From Methanothermus fervidus DSM 2088 (GTDB lineage: Archaea > Methanobacteriota > Methanobacteria > DSM-2088 > Methanothermaceae), in contig CP002278.1 of assembly GCA_000166095.1 (NCBI GenBank), positions 30,001-62,000 on the forward strand: a stretch of DNA of 32,000 bases, written 5' to 3'. Numbering within the stretch: position 1 is the first letter of the stretch; the number at the start of each line of letters is the position of its first letter. Position numbers and translations under genes: made by a program. Of this stretch, positions 10,705 to 18,338 are shown in pieces. The notes under the pieces are model-generated. The model did no database searches. It was not told the DNA's origin and saw nothing but the letters and a program-made list of their open reading frames with translations.

Positions 10705-11058
10705 ATGTTCCACAAAATAAATAGGATGAAAGAAAAAACTGAATATGAGATGAAGCATGTTCCACTAATAGAATGTAAAGATTCAACAAAACCTGATGAA
10801 TTTTTCAATGTAAGGATATCTACAAATGCTCCACATCCAATGGAAAAAGATCATTTTATACAGTGGATAGAATTGTTTGTTGGTCCGGTCTTTTTGGGTA
10901 GGGCAGAGTTTACACAATTTACAAAGCCTGATGTAACTTTCGTGGTTAAGGCACCCTCTCCAGGACATGGTGACTATACATTAAGGGCATTGCTTAGATG
11001 TAACTTACATGGTGTTTGGGAAAATACAAAGAAAATAAGAATGAAATCTGAAAAATAA
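10705..11058 (+). CDS. Superoxide reductase (neelaredoxin/desulfoferrodoxin iron-site type)
   Basis: 117 aa with iron ligand motifs EMKHVPLIE, HPMEKDHFIQWIEL and CNLHGVWE; directly follows the peroxiredoxin gene. Confidence 0.88.
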   Translation: MFHKINRMKEKTEYEMKHVPLIECKDSTKPDEFFNVRISTNAPHPMEKDHFIQWIELFVGPVFLGRAEFTQFTKPDVTFVVKAPSPGHGDYTLRALLRCNLHGVWENTKKIRMKSEK

Positions 11059-11113
11059 GGTATTTAAATCCAATTTTTATTTTTTTTAAAAAAATAAAAT
11101 AAAAAATAGGGAA

Positions 11114-11344
11114 TTACCCAACTACTTCAGCAAAGGCGTATTTACGTCTTGTAGCATTTATTTTTATTTTAACTTCGTCTCCAACTTTAGTACCTGGGAC
11201 AAATATCACAAAACCCTCTATACGGGCTATTCCATCTCCATTTCGTCCAAGGTCCTCTATTTTTACGTTATATTCTTCACCCACATTTACGGGTGTAGAA
11301 TATCTTCTACCTCTACTATATCTACTCTTAGGCAAAGTATTCAC
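11114..11344 (-). CDS. TRAM-domain RNA-binding protein
   Basis: 76 aa: [60 protein letters not shown] start at 11342-11344; in-frame TAG three codons upstream limits extension. Confidence 0.85.
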   Translation of the reverse strand: MNTLPKSRYSRGRRYSTPVNVGEEYNVKIEDLGRNGDGIARIEGFVIFVPGTKVGDEVKIKINATRRKYAFAEVVG

Positions 11345-11396
11345 ATCCCTCTATATTTCCATTTATCTCCGCATTTCTAAGCAGAGACCGTCCCAT
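11328..11396 (-). other. Candidate small upstream ORF (22 codons) overlapping the TRAM gene start
   Basis: ATG at 11394-11396 with GAGG five nt upstream (GAGGAAAAAATG); reads [22 protein letters not shown] then TAA at 11328-11330. Overlaps the TRAM CDS in another frame. Confidence 0.3.
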
Positions 11397-11515
11397 TTTT
11401 CCTCATATAGAGGCATTCAGGGAGGGACACTACCCCCACATGTTAATTCAGAGACACATGTCCTTTTTGGAAATTCTGAGATTTCCATACTAGACATGTG
11501 ACTCTTCATCCCCAC
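11345..11515 (-). ncRNA. Candidate structured 5' leader RNA of the TRAM-domain gene (or independent small RNA)
   Basis: 76/180 GC (42%) across 11341-11520, in a visibly AT-richer region. Complementary arms: 11451-11462 with 11493-11504 (GAG.CACATGTC/GACATGTG.CTC, one mismatch), 11469-11474 with 11481-11486, 11366-11372 with 11381-11387, 11348-11356 with 11405-11413. Preceded by a TATA-like element. Confidence 0.5.
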
Positions 11516-11533
11516 TTACTTTCTATTTTTCAC

Positions 11534-11542
11534 TATTTAAAT
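11534..11542 (-). promoter_or_regulatory. Putative archaeal TATA box for the leader/TRAM transcript
   Basis: Minus-strand ATTTAAATA, about 22-28 nt upstream of the start of the structured region (around 11513). Confidence 0.5.
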
Positions 11543-11591
11543 GTTTGGTTTATGAAGGATATTAGATTTTAATTGAAGTTATCTTGATCAA

Positions 11592-12017
11592 TCAAACAAT
11601 TTTAAAAATTATTTCCCTGCCATGCATATCGTATCCTGCTATACTTTCAGGAGTATAGGGATATGCGACTATCATATGGAATATCCCATTTTTAGAAAAA
11701 AACTCCAGATCTGCCCTTGATGGTCTGTTGTCAGTAGTTGGGTGAGAATGAACAGAGCCATAAATTTTTAGGAATGGAGGTATAGTGAAAGTCCATAAAT
11801 TGGCACCTTCCTCAGAACTACTTCCAGGAATTATAAATAATCCTGTTATTTTCAGTATTTGATTTTCAATTTTTCCTTGGAGTAGGGCTGCAAACTCTCT
11901 TGGATGAGCATTCTTAGAATTCTTAAGTATTTCATTTATTACTTCTTTATTTACCTGTATTTCCATGATTTCTTTTTTATCACCAAATAAGAAACGTAAT
12001 AACCTATTTATCATCAA
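11592..12017 (-). CDS. JAMM/MPN+ (JAB1/Mov34-type) metalloprotease-fold protein
   Basis: 141 aa with upstream Glu (HAREFAALLQG) and HSHPTTDNRPSRAD, matching HxHPx(7)SxxD. Confidence 0.85.
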   Translation of the reverse strand: MMINRLLRFLFGDKKEIMEIQVNKEVINEILKNSKNAHPREFAALLQGKIENQILKITGLFIIPGSSSEEGANLWTFTIPPFLKIYGSVHSHPTTDNRPSRADLEFFSKNGIFHMIVAYPYTPESIAGYDMHGREIIFKIV

Positions 12018-12732
12018 AAAACCTCTTAAAAAAATTTTTATTGAATTTTGGCAAGTCCCAATCTATGAATATTTTTTTACGTTTGGATTTTACTTTTTTA
12101 TTTAGAACAGGGTTATATCCCTCAACCGTTATACTCTTTTTGTATATTGCAAAACCTCGTCTATGCCAGGTAGGAACTTTTGAAATGTTAATACCTCGTT
12201 CAAAAAGAAGGTCATGGATTTCTGCACCTTTCATTCCTTTAAGTTTTTTACTTGCTTTCTTTTTATCCATTTCCTTTCTTAAAGTCCAATATGCATAACT
12301 GTTTAAACAATTTCTCCAAGCTTCTTTTTGTCTATCTATGAAATATTTATGTATTAAATTTTTAGGTAATGGGATTACTCTACAATCAAAGGATATTGGC
12401 TTTTTAATTTCTTTTCCTTCTTTTATTAAATTTATAGTTACAGAGCTAGAAACAAAACTTGCAAATACAGAATCTAATTTTTCTATTCTTCCTGCAAATG
12501 GAACATGTCCAAGTAATACATTAAATTCATCAGAAAAAATATAAATAAACCTTGTAGCAAATTCTTTACACAAAGATATTCCTGCCTTAGCTAAAGCATT
12601 GGCTAGAGATTTATCATATGGTTTCTCTAATTTAAGTTCTTCACTAATTCTATGGAAATTTCTCCCATCTATTCTTAAAACAATTTCTGTACAAGGAGCT
12701 TTAAGTTTTGAAAATATTTCACATTTTTTCAT
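12004..12732 (-). CDS. thg1: tRNA(His) guanylyltransferase / Thg1-like protein
   Basis: 242 aa: IVLRIDGRNFHRISE, FIYIFSDEFNVLL, FDCRVIPLP, YFIDRQKEAWRNCLNSYAYW. Confidence 0.88.
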   Translation of the reverse strand: MKKCEIFSKLKAPCTEIVLRIDGRNFHRISEELKLEKPYDKSLANALAKAGISLCKEFATRFIYIFSDEFNVLLGHVPFAGRIEKLDSVFASFVSSSVTINLIKEGKEIKKPISFDCRVIPLPKNLIHKYFIDRQKEAWRNCLNSYAYWTLRKEMDKKKASKKLKGMKGAEIHDLLFERGINISKVPTWHRRGFAIYKKSITVEGYNPVLNKKVKSKRKKIFIDWDLPKFNKNFFKRFFDDK

Positions 12733-13496
12733 GTGCCAACACGTATGTTATCACTTAAAATTTTTAGTAAAGTGACTGCTGAATATGCTGCCAAAACACT
12801 TGTTTTTGGATTTAATTCACACACAGTGTTTTTTGTTATAGATTTAAACTCTCCAAAATCTCCTTTAACATGGACTTCATGGATATTGTGTTCAACTTCA
12901 GGATCTGCAATTATCTTTACATCCGCATCTATTCCAGAGGCTAGACTTAATGCCGCAGCAACGTTAATATTCACTGGAAATTTTTTAACAGCTTCTGAGG
13001 ATTTCCCTTTAAACACGACCTCCTTTTTTTTGGTCTTAACACCTAACGAAGTAGGTGATTTTCTCGTTATAAGTTTTATTTCTTTTATCTTACCTAAGGA
13101 TGCGGCTTTTACACCATCTAAACCAATTATTGCACCGGAAGGTATGTATATATTAGCTCCTGATTCTCTAGATTCCTTTATCAATCTTCTTCTAACTTTC
13201 TCATCTAATAGTGCACCCACACTCATAATCAAAACATCTATACCTCTACTAATTATATTGGGCACAATTTCTTTTACTGCCTCTTGAGAAGCAGATTCAA
13301 TTATCAAATCAACTCCATTGAACATTTCTTCTACCTTTTTTACGGCAGTGCCATTTGTTAAATTTGCTAGCTTCTTAGCTTTTCTAAAATTTCTGTCATA
13401 AAAATATTTTAATTTTATTTTTTTGATATCTTGTTTTAAGACAAGGTTAACTATTGTATTTGCAATTGCACCACATCCTATAATCCCACATCTCAT
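12729..13496 (-). CDS. nadX: L-aspartate dehydrogenase
   Basis: 255 aa: MRCGIIGCGAIANTIV, SVGALLDEKVRRRL, GAIIGLDGVKAA, EHNIHEVHVKGDFGEF. Confidence 0.87.
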   Translation of the reverse strand: MRCGIIGCGAIANTIVNLVLKQDIKKIKLKYFYDRNFRKAKKLANLTNGTAVKKVEEMFNGVDLIIESASQEAVKEIVPNIISRGIDVLIMSVGALLDEKVRRRLIKESRESGANIYIPSGAIIGLDGVKAASLGKIKEIKLITRKSPTSLGVKTKKKEVVFKGKSSEAVKKFPVNINVAAALSLASGIDADVKIIADPEVEHNIHEVHVKGDFGEFKSITKNTVCELNPKTSVLAAYSAVTLLKILSDNIRVGT

Positions 13497-13498
13497 GT

Positions 13499-13828
13499 TT
13501 AGATCACTCTTGGTTTTTCTGTCTTTTCTGATGGAGAAATGATAATTATGTCACCTACAGCTTTAACTCTGTCGTAATCTATGTTTATTATTTCATTATC
13601 ATTTACATAAGTTTCTTTTTCATCAGGAACAATTTTTATGCTTGTTTTTAATACATCTTTAATTCCAACAGTCTTTTTTTCAGGACTTCTAGGATTTGCC
13701 ATGATAACAGACACTTTACCTTTTTTTAAATTTATAACTACATCTTGTACTCTTCCTACATATTTACCTTGAGATGTGTATATATCTAAACCATAGAGTT
13801 TTGATAATTCTATCATTCTTTTTCCCAC
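13499..13828 (-). CDS. PRC-barrel domain protein
   Basis: 109 aa: LSKLYGLDIYTSQGKYVGRVQDVVINLKKGKVSVIMAN. Confidence 0.8.
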   Translation of the reverse strand: MGKRMIELSKLYGLDIYTSQGKYVGRVQDVVINLKKGKVSVIMANPRSPEKKTVGIKDVLKTSIKIVPDEKETYVNDNEIINIDYDRVKAVGDIIIISPSEKTEKPRVI

Positions 13829-13904
13829 CTCAAAATAGATATCTTTAAATATAAATTAATGTTTTTTATTCTCAAAATAATTTTTAATAAAATTTTTGAA
13901 TATT

Positions 13905-13927
13905 TTCTACACATAACTTGTGCAGAA
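13905..13927. repeat. Imperfect inverted repeat TTCTaCACA-taact-TGTGcAGAA in the mcm / PRC-barrel intergenic region
   Basis: Direct reading: arms of 9 nt with 8 matches around a 5-nt spacer. Confidence 0.4.
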
Positions 13928-14132
13928 TGTTTTTGTTTTTTAGTCATGTTATAATGTGATTTTAACAGAAAATAGTCTTGGATAAAATAATAAAATCTTT
14001 TTAACCAGTGATTTATGATTTTAATCTTTTTGAGAAAATATTTTATTTATGAAAAAAATTTAAATTTAAAAATAAGAAAAATAATGGTGGGAAAGAATAA
14101 TTTTAAGAAAATAAAATTCAAAAACTAAGAAA

Positions 14133-17100
14133 ATGACAATGAAAAACGAGGAAATAATAAAAAAATTTGAAGAATTTTTCTCATTAAAATATAAAGATGA
14201 AGTATATGAAGTTTTGGAGAATTACCCAGACGAAAAATCTATTGTAGTTGACTATGTAGATCTAGAGATGTTTAATATAGATTTAGCTGATTATTTAATT
14301 GAAAAGCCTGAAGAATGTATGAGTTGTGCAGAAGAAGCCATTAAACAATTAGATCCTTCAGGAAAAAATCCAGAAATACATGTTAGATTCAAAAATGTTT
14401 TTCCACAAGTAAATCTTCGTGATTTAAAAAGTGAACATATTGGTAAATTAGTGTGTGTAGAAGGAATTGTTAGAAAAACTGAAGAAGTACGCCCACGTAT
14501 AGCTGAAGGAACATTTGTATGTGAAAAGTGTTATTCTGTCAAAAAAGTTCCTCAAGAATTCAATAAAATAACTAAACCAGCGAGATGTGAAGAATGTGGT
14601 AGCAGGTCATTTAGACTTGAAAAGGAAAATTCAAAATTTGTTGATACACAAACTTTGAAAATACAAGAACCTTTAGAACAGTTAGCAGGTGGAGAACAAC
14701 CTCGTCAAATTACTCTTGTTTTAGAGGATGATCTTGTTGACATTGTAAGTCCTGGCGATGTGGTTAGAATCACAGGAATTTTAAAAACAATGCATAAAGG
14801 TAGAAACAGGTTTAAGAACTTTATTTACGGTAATTATGTCGAATTTATTGAGCAGGAATTTGAAGAAGTCGAAATATCAGAAGAAGATGAGAAAAAAATA
14901 AAAGAACTTGCAAAAGATTCAGAGATACGTAAAAAAATTATAAATTCTATTCTACCATCGATCTATGGGCATGAAGAAATTAAAGAAGCAGTGGCATTGC
15001 AACTTTTTGGTGGTGTTCCTAAGGAACTTGCTGATGGTACAAGACTTAGAGGAGATATTCACGTATTGATGATTGGAGATCCTGGAATTGGTAAATCACA
15101 AATGTTAAAATATGTATCAAAGCTTGCACCAAGAGGCATATACACGAGTGGTAAAGGAACAACGGGTGTGGGATTGACAGCGGCAGCTATACGTGATGAA
15201 TTTGGTGGATGGTCACTTGAGGCAGGAGCATTAGTTTTGGGAGATAAAGGAGTTGTATGCATCGATGAACTTGATAAAATGCGAGAAGAAGATCGTTCTG
15301 CAATCCATGAAGCACTTGAACAGCAAAGTTATCATAAAGATTTCGAAATTCTTCTTGCAAATGGAAGAAAGATGAAAATAGGAAACTTTGTAGATGAACT
15401 TATGGAAAAAAATAAAAATAAGATCATTTATGGAAAGGATACTGAGATTTTAATGACAGATGACCTTGACCTTAAAGTAATGGCTTATGACTTGAAAAAT
15501 TTAAAAATAATTCCAGCCAACGTTAATAGAATAAGCAGGCATAAAGCTCCTGACAAGTTTGTGAAAATAAAATTTGAGAATGGTAGGAATGTCACTGTAA
15601 CACCTGAGCATCCGTTTGTAGTATGGGACAAGGATATTAAAATTGTACGTGCAGATGAAATTAAGGAAGGCATGGTTGTTTTAGGTGTAAATAATTATGA
15701 AATATCTGGAAATTCTAGTATTGATCCAAATATTGCTAAATTTTTGGGATTCATACTTTCAGGAGAATGCACATATAAAGATGGTTTTTATGAAATTGTG
15801 TTTAGCAATGCTAATAAAAAATTGCTTGAAGAATTTGAAACCATAGTAAAAAAACTAGGAATTAAATACAACATTTCTAAGAAAAAAGAAGGTCATAAAA
15901 CTTTTACGGTTAAAATTGCTTCCAAAGAATTTTATCATGATCTTATTACTGAGTTCCCTGAACTTTCCCTGCAATCACAATCTCAAAGATTTACACATGT
16001 AAAAGTTCCAAATAAGATTTTAATGAGTTCTAAAAGTGTTAAAAAGGCATTTTTAAATGCTTATTTCAAAAGAAGTGGTTTTGTAGACAACTGTAGAGTT
16101 GGTTATTCCACACCTTCAATAAAAATGGCAGAAGATTTACAAGATTTACTTTTAATGATGGGAATTTATTCCTATATTTCAAAAGATGAAAGAACTTATA
16201 AAGTTATAATCGATGGGGAAGAAAACATAAAAAAATTTGCTAAGATAATTAAAGATGATTTCCGCATTGGAAGAATTAATGATTTAATAGAGACTTCAGG
16301 AAATAAGAATAACCAGGATCAGAATATTTTAGAAAATGAAATTGTTCAGGATATAGAAGACGATGAAAAAAGTGTTAAAATATCAAATAATGAAAGGCAG
16401 AGAAATATAAGATTTATTAAAGTTAAAAATGTAAAGTTCGTTGAAAATTCTGACTCAAAATGGGTTTATGATATAACTGTTGAACCACATCATCTATTTG
16501 TCTCACATGGTATAGTATTACATAATTCAATAAGCATTGCTAAAGCAGGGATAATGGCAACCCTAAATTCACGTTGTTCTGTTTTGGCAGCTGCAAACCC
16601 AAAATTTGGAAGATTCGACAGGTATAAATCTATATCTGAACAAATTAATTTACCTTCAACAATATTGTCTAGATTTGATTTAATTTTTGTAATTGAAGAT
16701 TTACCAAATAAAGATAGAGATCGTAGGTTAGCAGAACATGTCCTTAAAATCCACCAGGCTAGAGATATAAAGCCTGAAATTGATCCAGAGTTATTAAGAA
16801 AATATATAGCATATGCAAGAAAATATATCAAGCCAAAACTGACAAAAGATGCTAGAGAAGTTATAGAAGATTTCTATGTTTCAATGCGTTCTAAAGGGTT
16901 GGAAGAAGATTCACCAGTTCCAATAACAGTAAGGCAATTAGAGTCTATTGTAAGACTTGCAGAAGCTTCTGCCAGAATGAAACTTAAAGACAAAGTTGAA
17001 GTTGAAGATGCTAAAAGAGCAATAAGACTTGTCGAAGCATGTTTAAAACAACTTGGATATGATCCAGAAACAGGTAAAATAGATATAGACAAGGTTGAAG

Positions 17101-17318
17101 GTAGAACTCCAAAATCAAAAAGAGATAAATATAATGCAGCTTTAGAACTCATAAAAGAGTTAGAAGACGAATATGAATCAGTTCCAGAATCTATGATAAT
17201 CTCTGAGATGAATGAGAGATATAATATAGATGAAAATGAAACTAAGGAAATACTTAAGACATTGAGAGACAAAGGAATGATATATAAAGATAGAGATGGA
17301 GGTTTCGGAACTGTATAA
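14133..17318 (+). CDS. mcm: Replicative helicase MCM precursor containing an in-frame intein
   Basis: 1061 aa. MCM zinc-binding (CEKC...CEEC), Walker [39 protein letters not shown]. The conserved EALEQQ|SISIAKAG is split by about 400 residues. Confidence 0.95.
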   Translation: MTMKNEEIIKKFEEFFSLKYKDEVYEVLENYPDEKSIVVDYVDLEMFNIDLADYLIEKPEECMSCAEEAIKQLDPSGKNPEIHVRFKNVFPQVNLRDLKSEHIGKLVCVEGIVRKTEEVRPRIAEGTFVCEKCYSVKKVPQEFNKITKPARCEECGSRSFRLEKENSKFVDTQTLKIQEPLEQLAGGEQPRQITLVLEDDLVDIVSPGDVVRITGILKTMHKGRNRFKNFIYGNYVEFIEQEFEEVEISEEDEKKIKELAKDSEIRKKIINSILPSIYGHEEIKEAVALQLFGGVPKELADGTRLRGDIHVLMIGDPGIGKSQMLKYVSKLAPRGIYTSGKGTTGVGLTAAAIRDEFGGWSLEAGALVLGDKGVVCIDELDKMREEDRSAIHEALEQQSYHKDFEILLANGRKMKIGNFVDELMEKNKNKIIYGKDTEILMTDDLDLKVMAYDLKNLKIIPANVNRISRHKAPDKFVKIKFENGRNVTVTPEHPFVVWDKDIKIVRADEIKEGMVVLGVNNYEISGNSSIDPNIAKFLGFILSGECTYKDGFYEIVFSNANKKLLEEFETIVKKLGIKYNISKKKEGHKTFTVKIASKEFYHDLITEFPELSLQSQSQRFTHVKVPNKILMSSKSVKKAFLNAYFKRSGFVDNCRVGYSTPSIKMAEDLQDLLLMMGIYSYISKDERTYKVIIDGEENIKKFAKIIKDDFRIGRINDLIETSGNKNNQDQNILENEIVQDIEDDEKSVKISNNERQRNIRFIKVKNVKFVENSDSKWVYDITVEPHHLFVSHGIVLHNSISIAKAGIMATLNSRCSVLAAANPKFGRFDRYKSISEQINLPSTILSRFDLIFVIEDLPNKDRDRRLAEHVLKIHQARDIKPEIDPELLRKYIAYARKYIKPKLTKDAREVIEDFYVSMRSKGLEEDSPVPITVRQLESIVRLAEASARMKLKDKVEVEDAKRAIRLVEACLKQLGYDPETGKIDIDKVEGRTPKSKRDKYNAALELIKELEDEYESVPESMIISEMNERYNIDENETKEILKTLRDKGMIYKDRDGGFGTV
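15327..16526 (+). mobile_element. Intein (400 aa) in MCM at the [11 protein letters not shown] site, with degenerate LAGLIDADG-type endonuclease domain
   Basis: Begins [19 protein letters not shown], block B-like [11 protein letters not shown], ends [21 protein letters not shown] followed by Ser+1. Removal restores [14 protein letters not shown]. Confidence 0.93.
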
Positions 17319-17334
17319 AAAAGGAGGTTAAAAA

Positions 17335-17742
17335 ATGGATTATGAAAAATTACTTGATAGAGCCATAGATCAGTTACCACCAGAAGTTTTTGAAACAAAA
17401 CGATTTAAGGTACCTAAAGCTCATGTAGTTATACAAGGAAATAGAACTTTTATTACAAATTTCAAAAAAATTGCAAATTCCCTAAATAGAGATCCACAAC
17501 AATTTCTAAAATATTTATTAAGAGAATTAGGTACTGCAGGAAATATAGAAGGCGACAGGGCAATATTACAGGGTAAAATATCAATATCTCTAATTAATAG
17601 ACGAATAAAAGAATATATAGACAAATACGTTATGTGTCCAGAATGTAATAGACCAGATACAAGAATAATTAAGGAAGGCAGAGTACTGATGTTAAAATGT
17701 GAAGCTTGTGGTGCTAAAGCCCCTCTCAGAAAACTAAAATAG
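17335..17742 (+). CDS. Translation initiation factor aIF2 subunit beta
   Basis: 135 aa: [33 protein letters not shown]-terminal zinc ribbon [11 protein letters not shown]...CEACG. Confidence 0.93.
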   Translation: MDYEKLLDRAIDQLPPEVFETKRFKVPKAHVVIQGNRTFITNFKKIANSLNRDPQQFLKYLLRELGTAGNIEGDRAILQGKISISLINRRIKEYIDKYVMCPECNRPDTRIIKEGRVLMLKCEACGAKAPLRKLK

Positions 17743-17752
17743 CTAAATTTTT

Positions 17753-18334
17753 TTATTTTTGTTTTTTACCATATAATTCGTCTAAAGCTAGGTTTAATTT
17801 CATTATATTTACAACTTCTCTATCAGCTCCAAGTGGTTTTTCTGCAAATCTATATATAAGTTTTACAACTTCAACTTCAGAAATTCCTCTTGCTTTTGCA
17901 ACTCTAGGTGCTTGTAATAATGCTGAATCTACAGATATGTATGGCTCAAAACCACTACCTGATGTTGTGACAATGTCTGAAGGTATCGGCATGTTTTTTG
18001 GTAAAGAATTTTCAGTTCTTACCTTATTTAGCCTATCTTTAACCTCGTCAATAAGTTTTTTATTCGTGGGGCCAAGATTACTTCCACTTGAATTACATAC
18101 ATTGTAATCACAAGCTGAAGGTCTTGGATGGAAATATTGAGGCCCTGTAAAATTTTGTGCTATCAGTTCTGATCCTATAACAGTGCCATTTTTTATGATT
18201 AGACTTCCTTGTGATTGTTTTGGAAATAGTACTTGTCCAATTGCTGTAACTATTGAAGGATAAACAATGCCTGTAATTAATGTAAAGAGAATGTAAAGTA
18301 GGATTCCTATTTTTATTTCATTCATGATTTTCAT
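17753..18334 (-). CDS. kdpC: K+-transporting ATPase subunit C
   Basis: 193 aa: LLYILFTLITGIVYP, GTVIGSELIAQNFTGPQYFHPRPSA, GSNLGPTN, TTSGSGFEPYIS. Confidence 0.93.
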   Translation of the reverse strand: MKIMNEIKIGILLYILFTLITGIVYPSIVTAIGQVLFPKQSQGSLIIKNGTVIGSELIAQNFTGPQYFHPRPSACDYNVCNSSGSNLGPTNKKLIDEVKDRLNKVRTENSLPKNMPIPSDIVTTSGSGFEPYISVDSALLQAPRVAKARGISEVEVVKLIYRFAEKPLGADREVVNIMKLNLALDELYGKKQK

Positions 18335-18338
18335 GTTT

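Noticed and set aside
11414-11509. A frame through the leader (MKSHMSSMEISEFPKRTCVSELTCGGSVPP-UGA-MPLYEEKMGRSLL...) interrupted by a single UGA; considered as a small protein, selenoprotein or recoding event
   Set aside because: No recognisable protein motif, composition unlike neighbouring genes, and extensive complementary arms explain the segment better as RNA. A homolog search of the peptide would be needed to revive it.
11345-11515. RNase P RNA, SRP 7S RNA or 5S rRNA as an explanation for the GC-elevated island
   Set aside because: Too short for archaeal RNase P or SRP RNA. I could not find their conserved cores (GAGGAAAGUCC, SRP helix 8 motif) or a 5S-like fold.
12004-13496. Aspartate dehydrogenase as a possible opine dehydrogenase partner for the nicotianamine synthase metallophore idea
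   Set aside because: It matches L-aspartate dehydrogenase, lies about 16 kb away and is operonic with Thg1/JAMM.
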